This document shows positions 12,581 through 24,949 of a stretch of 64,000 nucleotides of DNA, in pieces. Numbering within the stretch: the first letter of the stretch is position 1; every line of letters begins with the position of its first letter. Origin of the DNA: Paraspadella gotoi. Its lineage: Eukaryota > Animalia > Chaetognatha. A model generated the notes under the pieces. It did not search any database and was not told the origin of the DNA. It was given only the letters and a program-made list of their open reading frames with translations. Both the position numbers and the translations under genes were made by a program. Location: positions 18,851,948 to 18,915,947 of the forward strand of contig CM119264.1 of NCBI GenBank assembly GCA_051294375.1, given 5' to 3'.

Positions 12581-14200
12581 GCGTGTTGGTGGACGGTAGG
12601 ATAAGAACGTGGTACTTTCGTATGTACTTAAATCAAGAAATACATATAAAATTTAGATAATACAAACTATCTTCCTAACATGAAAAGTTTTTTATAATAA
12701 TCGATTTTTAATTGTTAATTGTTCTTATTTTTTCCGAGAAATATTTTTCTGCATTTAATCTAAACATAAATGTTATATGGATATTTGTATATATATTTTA
12801 TATATAAATTTCTGTACACGCCATAGAATACTTCAAAATTCTAAATCGTGCCAATTTTTTTCTAATGATTTTGTTCATGCTTATGATTTTTATAAGTAAT
12901 CGTGTTGGCCACAAAAAGTCTACTTCATTCAATGGTGATTTTTGTATGAATAAAACTTTAAAAAAGACATCTTGGAAAACTCTTGGCAAAATTTTTTTTT
13001 CTGAAAGAGAAGTGAGACAACAATTTAAGTATTCTTGTGAATCAAAGGGTAATGCAATTGTAAGTTGGTTGACTAAGAAAATTTATTTTGAGATAATAGA
13101 TACAATGTAGATTTTAAACGCCAAAAGAATTGAATGGTGAGGAAAGATGCAGATGAGCAAAGATTAGTTATTTGGTTGAGGGTCCCGGTTGTTGAGGAGA
13201 TTCGCGATGATCTCTGGAGAGCAACTGATAGGCGTTGGAAGAATGATTTACATTCAATTGAGTTGGTTTTGACCCATCGCCTGGCAAGACAAAAGTTTCT
13301 AGTACTAGTAGGCCGAGAATCCGTGGTTGTAATCCGATTATTTGCGGCATCTGTAATCTTCTCTTGAACGAAAACAAAAGAACCGTTTTCAATATGAACA
13401 CAGTTACAGCTAAATTGAAAAACCTCAAGCCTCGAGAATAAATACGTGCTACATTAATTAATACTATGATTTGGAAAATTTGGTGGCTCTAGAAAGAAAT
13501 TTCACATATTAAGATCATGATACATAAAAGAGACTAGTCTAAATCTTTAATATGGTTAGTACTTAGTAGGTTGCTGATTGCTTGATCTATCAAAATTCGA
13601 AACATGCAGATAAAAATAATATCTAATTTACAGTATGATTGTAATGGATGAAGTGCAATTCTTTAAAAGTTGAAAAGACATCACATGGACACTTTACACA
13701 GGAATTACTTAATACTAACTTTAAAAATAATTAATGCTAAAAAAGTCCAGAAAAGAAAGTGGCTCACCAATTTTTCGCTCAAGGCTGAAATTTTCAAACT
13801 CACCGGAAAATTGATTCTCGAGCGGAAATTTAATTCGATTAATGTTTCTTATTTTCTTATGTATAACGAATTTACGGAAACCCCACATCATTTTAGCAAA
13901 AGCACTATTTGGTTGTCAATTTATCGACTAATCTAATATTTTTTTATTAAATCTCATCATTGACCTCATCAACTTAACCGAGAAAAATATCGAAATTTCG
14001 ACGAAAAACCGCAATTTTGAAATCTGGGATAGACATTTTTCTCACTGCACTTCGACCCTAAGAAAAACTCCCCAATACAAACTACCAACTCTCTTTCTCT
14101 TCTTATCGATCTTTTTAGCCCGGATTCTTCCTCGATCACCCCAAAAAAATATTCTTTCTTAGCTTATCCTCATTATCAAGTAACGTTTGAAAATCCAATT

Positions 14201-16480
14201 ATGCTCGTTCTCGGCCCGGACGGTTCCAACGCGGAACTCAAGAAGAAGGCGTTGGTGTTGCGAGATGGACGTTCGGTGGAACGAACGGTGAAGCTGACGG
14301 AAGTGTTGAAGGCGGAGGTGGTCAAAGTCAAAACCTTGAAGATCTACTTCGTAGACTTAAAGGAGCCGAAGCTTCGCGTTAAGGAGTGGACGCTGAGCGT
14401 TATCGATGGAGACGTCGCTCACGATTTCGTGGACAAACTGATGGTGAAAGATTCTGTCATTAAACATTCCGTGAAGAATTATGCTTTCATAATATAATAT
14501 TAATGATATTATCGTAATCATCATAATTAATTGACTGCGACCTTTTGATTTATCTTTTTAATATCTAGAGCCGCCTGGAGAACGAGTTTCCCGATCGGCC
14601 GAAAAGGATTCTCGCATTCATAAATCCCGGATGCGGAAACTTTAAAGGTTCGAAAACTTTAAATTCATCTTTATTAACCCCTAAACTGACCTTACCAAAC
14701 TTACCCTCGATAGTTTTCCCTCATTCACTTACGGTAAACTTTGACCTTGTAAATACCATTGTAATAGACTTAGCATCTGAGCATTTTCACCGATGTTTCG
14801 GATCCTCCCGACTCCCCCCCACCCGCCCCCCCCCACTGTTTTGTTATAACCTTTTTGAAGAATAAATCATTCTTAACCTGAAAATTGTTGCATCCACAAA
14901 AATCTTTTTTTTCTCTCTATCTTCTCTCCTAACACTATCAGGTCTCTCCATATTCAAAGAAGAGGTGCAACCGGTTTTCGATCTGTGTGGCATCTCCACA
15001 GAGGTCATCGTGACGACCCACCATTCGCAAGCTCGAACCACTCTCTGGTCGCGACGCCTCGACGACATCGACGCCATTCTCGTCGTCGGCGGCGATGGCA
15101 CCTTTTGCGACGCCGCTCAGGGCTTGTTGGAGAGAGCACAGGTTGTGTTGCTGTTTGTGTGATTTACCGTTGCTTTTTAATATTGTTTTTTGGTCACAGT
15201 TATTTTTTGTCCAAACTCTCCTTACTAAGCAAACCCATTGAATTACGGCGCCTAAACGCGCGACCTCCGCCACTCTGACATTTTATCTTTCCGTTTCGTG
15301 CGCTAAGGTGGACGCCGGCATCTCGGCGGGAATCGATCCACGGCTCGCCGGTGCTGTCCGTGTCGGAGATGACGAGGAAGTCGAAAGAAATCGACACGTG
15401 GGTTGTGCACTCCTTCCAGCGCCGAGCACCGACTGGACCGAGGTGGCCTTTGTTTCTCCCTCTCTGCCGATGATTCACATTCCTGGTGGAAGCGGCAACG
15501 CCTACGCCATGGTGGCGGCCGGTGTTCACGATTACACGACCAACGCCCTACACGCGGCGCTGGGTCACGTGATGCGAACCGATGTGGCGTCTTTCGCCGA
15601 GCTGTCCCCGGCGTCAGGATCGACCGACGACCCTCGAAAGACCCCGTCGACCTTCGTCGGATTCTCTTGCCTCATTGGAGGCGTGACCAACCTGGAGCTG
15701 ACAAATACGATTAAGTTCGATATGAAGATGCGTCAGTGGTTGGGGCCTTTCCGCTACTTCCTTTACCCGTTTTTTATGTTATTCGTGAAGCAAGAAAAGA
15801 TTCGTCTCAAGGTGAGGTTCCTTGAAGAACCCGACGACGGCGCCGCGCCCTTGGTTTGCCGCGTGGGTTGTCTCCGTTGCGCCAAGAAAAACGAGGCTGC
15901 CGTCGAACGCGAGTGGAAAGAAGCGACGGTAGAGGAACTGAACATGGCGCTATTCTGTCTTTCCTCCCTTCGCCACCGCTTTACCCAATTCGGCCTCTTG
16001 CCCTTCGCTCATGTCGGCGACGGGATCCTCACTTTTATCACGGGCAACGCGCCCAAGATAGCGTCGAATTTACACTACAGCGGCTCTCGGATCGACGATT
16101 ACATCATCATGGACTCCACGCCCTACTCTATCGCGACGCCCGAGATGGTTATAGAGGCGGAACAAGTCCAGGACATCAAGCACTATGTGATGATGGAAGA
16201 GACATGGCAGGAGATGAAGGGTCCCGTTCACGTCCGCGTGCATCGTCAACTCTTAAAGACTTACGGGATGGGGATGCGCGATTTGAGCGGCGCCCCGACG
16301 CGCCCTTCCATCGGCGTTGCAAGATTCCTTCTCGGAAAAGCCTTTAAGGTCGCCTTCGTCGTCGCCGTTGTCGTCGTCGCGTACAAAAAGGGAGAGTGGA
16401 AGAAGTGGGCGGAATGGGCGGGGGCAGCCGCGAAAGAGAGGAGCGTTTGTTTGGCGGGTGCACTCGCCGTTTTGCGGTGA
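14201..16480 (+). CDS. Ceramide kinase-like lipid kinase, paralog 2; exons 14201-14443, 14569-14647, 14942-15141, 15308-16480
   Basis: RPKRILAFINPGCG, VVGGDGT, IPGGSGN, WLGPFRY, CRVGCLRC and HVGDG. Exons 1 and 2 have the same lengths as in paralog 1 (243 and 79 nt). Confidence 0.88.
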
Positions 16481-16697
16481 AGGTTCTCTTCAATTCTGGT
16501 TTTCTGAATCATCTATGCATCCGAAGGCATTAGATTAGATCGGTATTAGATCGGTTTTTACGTAAACAAATTTGTACATAAACAATTTCTAATTAATAAT
16601 TTCTTGTGCTTATGATACCTCTTTAACAACAAAAATTTAAAAATAGATTTTAGAATTAATTTTGGTGTTTCAGGTACATTTTGTTTTATCGACATAT

Positions 16698-16937
16698 TGT
16701 GGCGGTATATTCACACCGCCTCACGTCCATCATCGTTCAGCCAATCCCATTGGCTCAGAGGGGGAACACATCCCTTGGCCTTGTGTTCCATCCACAGTCC
16801 TTCCCTCTGGGTTGGCAAAGCGTCCTCGGGTAACCGCGCCAGTGACTGGAGGCGTCACTGAGGGTCGGAAGCCCCTATAGCCAACAATGAGGTGCCCCAT
16901 CCCAATGGGCATCACAGGCAACCGGGCTGTTGCCATA
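16698..16937 (+). mobile_element. GC-rich, hairpin-dense 240-bp insertion (solo-LTR-like or structured short element)
   Basis: It begins TGTGGC, ends GCCATA and is flanked on both sides by ATAT. At least six stem-loops are visible (ggcggt/accgcc, agccaat/attggct, cagaggg/ccctctg, cagtgac/gtcactg, tgccc/gggca, ggcaac/gttgcc) within AT-rich flanks. Confidence 0.55.
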
Positions 16938-17315
16938 ATATAGTGTTTATTAGATTCACTGGTGTTGTAAATAATACATGCACGTGAAATCTTATTTATT
17001 TAAAAATTGAACAGTAGTTTCCTTAAAAACAAAAAGTAATTCTGAAACGACGGAAAAAATAGCGCGGAATGTGTAGACAATATCTTTATGTATCAGGTTA
17101 TCAGGTTAGAAGCGTCAATCTAATCTAATAATCAGGGATAATTAATAATTCTCAAACAAATAGTTAATGTAATTAATCAATCAAATAAAAGAACATCCCT
17201 TATGTCAAGAATTATCTTCAAATGAACTAGAAATACTACATAGCAGATAGCACGATAAGAATAGAACTTTTAGCGATTATAGCAATTAAGTTTTATATCA
17301 GAAGTGCCAAAATAG

Positions 17316-18428
17316 TCAAGCGTCCCCAATAACATTCCCTTCTCTCTCGTCCACTCCTCCAACGTTCTCATCCTCGTTCACTTCCTCAACATTTCCTTCT
17401 TCTTCTTTCACTCCCGCGACCTCTCCGTCTTCATCGTGCGCGCCTGACAATCTTGCCGAGGTTCCTTTCAGCTGTCCCAGTCGCTCCTCCCGTCGTTCGT
17501 CGTGGTGTCGAACCTTCGCGTGCATGAAGTCGTCCAAGTGGCAGAAGCGACAAGAACGCGCGCAACGTTTGCGCATGTAGATCGGGTCGCTCTGGCATGC
17601 TCCGTGGTGCGCCCAGTGGACGCAAAATTCCGCCACTCGAAAATCATCGAAACAGGGTTTGAGGACTGATAATAAAATATAAGAAGGGTAAAAAACTGAT
17701 ACTTTTTTTTTTAAGGAGTGACCACCCTATGTCACTGGCTTGTTTATGCCGACACCATTACACTTTAACCAGCGTGACCGTGAGGGAATTGAACCCGGTT
17801 GGTGAACGAGTACTTAGCTGTCCATTGTCCAAAAACCAATGGGACGAGCTGAGTTTCACCAAAGCTATACGGGAGGCGAATTTAGGATTCGCCACAAAGT
17901 GTCCTTTTTTTAATCTCACATCCGCAGAATCCGCAAGTTGCGCCGCAGTATTTTTGCATTTTGTTTGGATAAACGCTGCAAAATCCGCTTCTCGCCCATT
18001 TGACGCAGCGGGCGTCGCGGTCGTGGCAGATGTAGCGCTGAGTCCGCCAAAAGTGGTGCAGCGGTGACAAGGAGACGCTACCGCGGGAGACGCCGGCTGA
18101 AGATGCAGACAGCGGGAAAATCAAAATCAAAATTTAAGATAAATTGAATAAATTGAATAAATCGAATCAGGGTGCTACATGTGAATTTTTTTGTTGCAAG
18201 CAGCGAAGTAAAACAATTTGCAATTAAAGAATATAGGAAAAATAGCAGGACTGTGTAAAATTAAATCTTTTAAAATTTGTTATGCTCACCTCTCACGTAT
18301 TTCGGCAATACGTGCCAATGAAAACTCCTTCCGTGTCTTCGCTGCGGAAGTGGGTGAACTTTAAGCTCGTCTCCATGGATACGAATCACAAAGGCAAAAA
18401 ATAAAATCAATACGGACCACGTAGTCAT
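17316..18428 (-). CDS. Secreted protein with two ShK (ShKT) domains and an acidic tail; exons 18428-18290, 18096-17920, 17665-17316
   Basis: Signal peptide MTTWSVLILFFAFVIRIHG. The domains CHDRDARCVKWARSGFCSVYPNKMQKYCGATCGFC and CFDDFRVAEFCVHWAHHGACQSDPIYMRKRCARSCRFC both show six-Cys ShK spacing. GT-AG phases are consistent. Confidence 0.88.
17702..17896 (-). mobile_element. Structured SINE-like element filling most of ShK intron 2
   Basis: On the minus strand: a 5' hairpin TGTGGCGAAT..ATTCGCC, a long hairpin ttggtgaa..ttcaccaa, a B-box-like GGTTCAATTCC, a 3' hairpin agtgac/gtcact, then A10. Confidence 0.5.
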
Positions 18429-18989
18429 ACTGTTTAGGAGGAAAATCGAATAAATTCTATGACCATTTACCAATGACTATTAGTCATTGACTAAGTAGGC
18501 CATTACCTTTTTACATAAATTGAAAGATTATATAGGACGTTATCGTTAAAAATAAAAAGAAATAATTATAAAAAGTAAGAATAACCTAGCCAAAATTTAG
18601 CGGCGGATGTTCAATGAAGAATTTTTTTTGTATTTATATTGATCAAGGAGAGTTTTCTTTCAAAGATCGAGTCTCCAAAAAAGCCTTGACGGGAATTTGG
18701 GTTTTTCGGGGAAGATGAACTCTCTTTTTCTTCGCTGCTTGTGGAGATTTTACGGGGAAACCGGAGGGAGAGGAGACGCGGAGAGTCGCGGGAGGTAGGA
18801 TTCGCTAGGCCTCGGCTCTAAAGGACCTCTTAATCTCAATATTAATCAACAAAGAATTAAAATGGGGGTTTTTGTTTTTCGAAATTGCGATAACGTTTCG
18901 ACAAGAATTTTTTTTGGGTTTCTTTTAAAATATTTTTTTAAAAATATTATATTCTGATCATATTAGATTCAAATTGTCTGAATACATTT

Positions 18990-19435
18990 AAAATTGTATA
19001 AAGGCAAAGTTTTTTTCGGTCCATCCGTCAGTCCGTCTGTCTGTCCCCTCTTAGCTTTGACCTCTAATTATTAAAGAATGAATGGGGCGATTTGCTTTCA
19101 ATTTTGTCTGTGGGTAAAAAAGTGTGTGATTGAGCTGGAAATCAAGTTTCGATGGAATAGCCCAAGAGGAAATGAGTTTAAATGGAAAAAATAAATAACT
19201 GTTTCACTATTCAAATATTCTTAAGTTCTTTTTAATTAATTTAATTAATTATTTAATTAATCAACCAATTTATGGAATTGCCCGAGTGGAAATTAGTTTT
19301 AATGAAAATAACAAAAAACTGTTTCACTATTTGATCATGATTTTTTTTTCTTTTAATTAATTAATTGCTTATTTATTAATTAATTATTATTATATAGCTA
19401 ATTAATTTATTAATTATCTCTACCAGAGTAACTAG
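18990..19435 (+). mobile_element. Non-autonomous Helitron-like element
   Basis: The 5' part tataaaggcaaagt is followed by (CCGT/CTGT)n. There is an internal ~120-bp tandem duplication (..aactgtttcactatt twice). The 3' end has a weak hairpin followed by CTAG|T at 19432-19436. Confidence 0.45.
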
Positions 19436-20540
19436 TATGCGTCGACAAAGTGACAGGTACGACGATAGAAGGTCGAAATGGTTCAGCATAAAAACGAATC
19501 GACAACAACAACAACTGGGACGAGCTCTGAAGACTTCAGCACTGGAAGAAACTCGCGGGGAATTTCTTCGCGACCTCTTTTATTGAGGGATCAATTAAAA
19601 CTGGGATCTCCGTCGGTCCCGTCCCCGCCGCGGGGGTCCTTAATTACATCCTTCCAGACGAAACGGCGATAATCAAGTATTATATATATTTTTTTTTGAA
19701 AATGTATTCTCATGGGCATGCTTAATGAGGCAATCCGAAAGATAGAAAGATAGATTTTACTGTCATCGAAAGTCGTTAAGTCCAAAAAGGCTATTTTTGG
19801 ATATTAAAAATTGCCTTTATCTTTTGGGTTATACTTTTAAATAAAATAGAGCGATGATTCTGACGTCACATAATTATAAAAATACAACTTCCTTTTCATA
19901 AACATTTAAAACTACAACATTGCATGTCGAAAAGATATTTCAATTAATATTATGTCGCATTTTTGCATGTTTAATCAATAAATATACTTACACTCAAATC
20001 GAAATTGAGTTTGAATTTAAATTTCTTTAAAGTAATTTACTTGTATTGTTCATATGTTTACTCTTGAACAATAACAGGGGGCAGCATAGGAATTCAGTTT
20101 TGCGTGATAGAGAAAACTAAACAAAAGAACAATCTACTTAGAATTCCTCACTTCCTTTCAGACTGAAATTCACTGTAAATAAAAGCATTGAAATTTGAGC
20201 GTAATTTTTGATAATGCGTCAACTCAATATGTTTTTATGTCGCAAAACTGCCTAAGGTACATAGTTTTAAAAATAGTTTGCGTCAGTTGAAAAAAAAAGG
20301 TTGGATTGTTTTCAATAATACTGTACGCATAAACATACATTTGATATCCTTAAATTAGTCTTCGTGGCTAAGACAAAGTAATAACAAAAATGCATTCAAA
20401 ATCCTAAACTGTTTTGCGTCGTTAATTGGAACCCCACCAGCCTCTCGTAAAGCGTGGTTTTCGGATAATCGCAATTACCTTAGAAGGCTAAAGAACCTAA
20501 TAAGCAGATTAAAGATCCTTGGGCTGAAAGATTTCCCAAG

Positions 20541-20586
<46 letters not shown>

Positions 20587-22252
20587 GTTTAACTCACTCA
20601 TGGGAAGAACATACTTTAAACTACCGCTTTTTAATACTTCAAGGCAGGAATAGTTTTGATTTGGATGCAAACTAAGAGCATGTCTCGATATTGATTGATT
20701 GCTTTTGACACTTCAGAGTTCGGGTCATTGCTGAGAGCTCCTCCCAAAATGCAGGGGTCTTTTTTTCTCTCACTATTCTTAATCCTTCCTACAGCATAAT
20801 GTATTTTTATGCTTGAAATTTTTTCATTATAATTTCTTTATTATGATGTCTTTTTTATTACCTGTTATGTTTTTCAAGAAGAGTCAAATAAAAAGAATTC
20901 AAAATTAAAATGATATCAAATTTGTATTTAATGGAATTCAATAGAATGACGTGTATTTTTATTTTCGCCAAATCGTGTTGAGACGTGGACGACCCCTGCA
21001 GGAACCGTCGTCCATTATCGATCTCTGCCATTGGCTCGCCATTGTCTCCGCGCATCAGAACTATGGGGCATCACCTCAGGAAAAGGGACGGAAGAGGAGG
21101 AGAGAAAAGTGAGGGGAGGGGGGAGGCTCGGGAAGGTTACTCCGTTCACCGAATGCCCCCTCGCTGTCATTTTCCCCACAATAGGGGGATGTGACATTTG
21201 GTCACAACTGGTCACAGGACTGAATTCATGCAAATTTTTCTTCCTGTGGGCGTTTTGTCCAAACGGAATTCTTCGTTCTCGTAATAGCCTCGACGTCGAC
21301 GTTACAGATCGTTCCCGAATCGAGTTCAAATCAGTGAATCCAGGAGCGATCGCGTGATTTCGCTGAGAAGGAAGTGAGGGGAGGGGGGGAGCAGAAGGGG
21401 GGGAGTGGGGGTTGAGAGAGGAACGGTGAGAGGGGGGAGGGAAGTAATCTGACCTCGAGGATGGGAGGACGACTACGAATGATGAAGAGGAGGTTGACGA
21501 CGACGACGACGACGACGAATGGGACGATGCATATTTACGTCGAACGCGCGCCCGTTTTTGCGCGATACAATATTCTGAGAACGGATTCAGTTAATTTTTG
21601 CAGTAACTCAAGAAAGAGACGGTAGCAGAAAAAAAAATGGTCTCCCTCTGTTCTCTTCCATTGAGGTTAAGACCAAGATTCGTGGACGCGGAATTCGGAA
21701 ATCCGGATTTCGGATTAGAGAGTGGAGACCCTCTTGATGACGCTTTGAGAAAATACTGAGTATTGAAAATATTAATAACTATAATTTTTTTTATAGGATA
21801 ATAAGTCAATGAAATGAATTTATTGTTTGAAACTCGTAAGAGACTAAACATTTTGTAAGTAATGTCACTCCGGACAGCAGTGGCCACTGGCCACATTTTC
21901 ATGCTTTTGTTGTTCACTTTTCTTCAATTATTACGAAAGTGAGGATAACAAGCGCGTTTTTACCTAAATATTAAAAAAATTTAAGTCATATTGTTGTACT
22001 TATATCTAAAATTAAATGCGCTTGTTTCGAAACTCTCCGAATGCTTTTTAAAAGTTGTTTCTAATTAGCATAATTGAAAAAAAGCGCATAAAGTTTCACG
22101 ACGGAAAACAGGAAAACGATTAAAAGAATTTTACATGTCTGGGATTAAGAGCTTAGATTAGGAAGTTGTTAAGAGACAAGGTAAAATCAGACCACCCACC
22201 CTAACGGAGAAAATGACACACACAACACACATGAAAAGACACATCACAAAAG

Positions 22253-22299
<47 letters not shown>

Positions 22300-23138
22300 A
22301 AAAAAATTTCATTTACTTGAGTCAACAAAAACGCAGCTTAGTCTGCATTAAGTTCCCAACTAACTTCTATTTTCTTTTTTCCTTCGTCTTCAAAGTCTCG
22401 AAAAAAAAAAAAATTGAGGGGGGACGAAAATGAATAATTACCAATCGAGTTGAACGAGAAATACCTTTAGTGTTTCAGATCATTTTTCACATCGAAAACG
22501 AAACTAGTGTGTGCTGATCTTTCTCCTTTCAGCTTATTAATTCTTCAAGTTGGAAACTGGTTTTCGACGGTCATTAATCTAACGTTAAAAGGGGGCCTGA
22601 AAAGAATAAGTCACGATTCGGAAACCCAGCGAAAAAAAAAAGGCGGGTGATTTATGGAGGTAAACAGATGACTGGCAAACATTAAATTTATCGCCGAGAG
22701 TTACACAACCGAACGTTCGGCCCCCTGCGTTCGCCTCGTTTTTTTTTTACGGGAAACTAGTTCGTCTTTCATCCGTTCGCTCTCTCGATTTGGCGCCCGC
22801 GTGAGAAAAGCGTGGCCCCGTAATAATAATACCTCGTCTTTCTTTTTTTTTTTTTTTACGACTTTTAGCGATTTTTAATAAAACGACGAATTTGTTTTAT
22901 GATAATCTCCCGTCAATTTCGCTCCTCCTTTTTCTCGATCGCAGGTTCCTCATCCGTCGATCGAACTCTTCCTTCTCCCATTGGTTTCTCGGGCGATCGA
23001 CCCTCATCTTAAATTTTCTCTTCTGCCTACCGTGCGTTTTGCATCGACCGTTCTTCCCCCCAATTTTCCGCTCCTTCTCCTCCCCTTGACTCCTCCCTCT
23101 ACATCGATGAATGTCAGTTGAGGATCGAAATGAGAGGG

Positions 23139-23175
<37 letters not shown>

Positions 23176-24089
23176 CTACACGTATGTAAGACTAGACATG
23201 ATATCGAAACTGATAACCGGAGGGTTGACGTGATGTCGACCAGACCCGACTTTACAATCTGTTACTGTCTCTCAGGTAATGAAGGGGAAGCAAACATTGT
23301 CGGAGTCATCCATGGATAAAGTTTTCAAAGTTTAGTTAGAACCACAAGCAGTTTTTTTTGGATATGCTAAAAACTACGTAAAGAAGGCAAGATTTGGAGT
23401 CTGTTCGTTTTGAGCTCACCACACAGAAAAAGGATGGAGGATGGTTTGTGTTGATTTTTTGACAACTGGAGCTGACAAAAAAAGGAGCTGTAAAACTAAC
23501 AAAATACCGGATGAAGATTTAACAACGCTCGCTTTTTTTCAGATAGAAATAGGATTTATTTTTTAAAGTTTTCTTGTATTAATTGTATTGATTTTTTTTA
23601 TGTTACGAATAAGATTGAAAGTTTTTTTTTTAAATTGAGCCTAGAATTATGAAATTATACATAAAGAACAATGGTCGATTAATTTAGTTACATTACTTCT
23701 CTCCCAACATATTTCTTTTTCATCTCTCTCTCTCTTCCCTTTCCCCTTCAACTCCTCACCTCCTTATTTTTCCTCTTCTCTGTTCTCCCAAAGTTTTTTT
23801 TTGTCAGGCCTGGATTTGGTTCTTGTGTAAGAAGTACTTATCAAAACATGTTGTTTGAATTCAATTTTCGTGTATGCGTCAAACTTTCGAAGGAACCCAG
23901 GCGAAGGGACAGATAGCAGATTCGTAACATATTTTCTGCTTGTATCCTGTTACGAGGCGCCGAATTCTATGACCCCGACGGTCGGTCGCGACCTCGGAGA
24001 GCAGAGACAACCCCAACGTGTTCTTTGGCTCTTGAGTTAACAAAAACAAATTTTTATCGCTTCGAAAATAAGGAAGGGAAATTTTCAAC

Positions 24090-24213
<124 letters not shown>

Positions 24214-24818
24214 TTCCCTCTCTCTTTTTCGTTATCACGTTCTTGGCGGCCGTACAAAAAATTAGTTGTTATTCGAACGTTAAAAAAGTTTTTCAAATTT
24301 TTACGCTTATGTGATTTGACAAGGTTTTTTTTTCGTCTCGTGGCGCGCTTAAAGTTTCTTCTAAAGCCACTGTGAAAAACGCGGAAAAAATTTTGTCAAA
24401 TTCTTCGTGGTTGATTGCGAACGAGAGAACAAATTGAAGAGAATTTGATGAAAAAGTGTTTGAGAGCAAAATTAAGTCTTAAGCTTAAGACAAGCTGCTT
24501 AGAGACCCCATTATCGAGCCTATTTTTCAAAAGAATGTAAAGTTTGCATATTTACATAAATTTTGGGTATGTATAATGTTAAGGTTAGCTTAGCACTAAG
24601 CAAACCAGCATAGAAATTTCTACTAAATCTCAACGAAACAAAAACGAACCCTCTCGAAAATGTTATCATATTTGGAGAGAAGGAACAATTATCGAAAAGA
24701 TGGGATTTCTTCCCTGGACAGTAAGAAATGGAATCTGGGTTTCCGCTTGAAGATGACGAATCTTCGGATGACATCCTTCATTCGTTTTAGCAAACCCGGA
24801 AATAGAGGGAAGAAGCCA

Positions 24819-24822
<4 letters not shown>

Positions 24823-24915
<93 letters not shown>

Positions 24916-24949
24916 GGAGAGAGAGAGAGAAAGGGGAGAGGGAGAGAGA
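24823..24949. repeat. (AG)n microsatellite
   Basis: Directly visible. Confidence 0.97.

Noticed and set aside
13100-13430. Overlapping short ORFs between the kinase paralogs
   Set aside because: No recognisable motif, only a faint resemblance to a decayed LINE ORF2 linker. Not supportable.
16805-16865. HDV-like ribozyme suggested by GCG-UCCUCG
   Set aside because: P1, P2, P1.1 and the J4/2 C-G-A-A could not be built consistently.
17770-17840. tRNA gene suggested by a B-box
   Set aside because: No cloverleaf or anticodon arm. Kept only as a SINE-like element.
19525-19578. CUGAAGA..GAAA followed by a hairpin
   Set aside because: Stems II and III and the NUH site do not fit hammerhead geometry, and there is no stem I.
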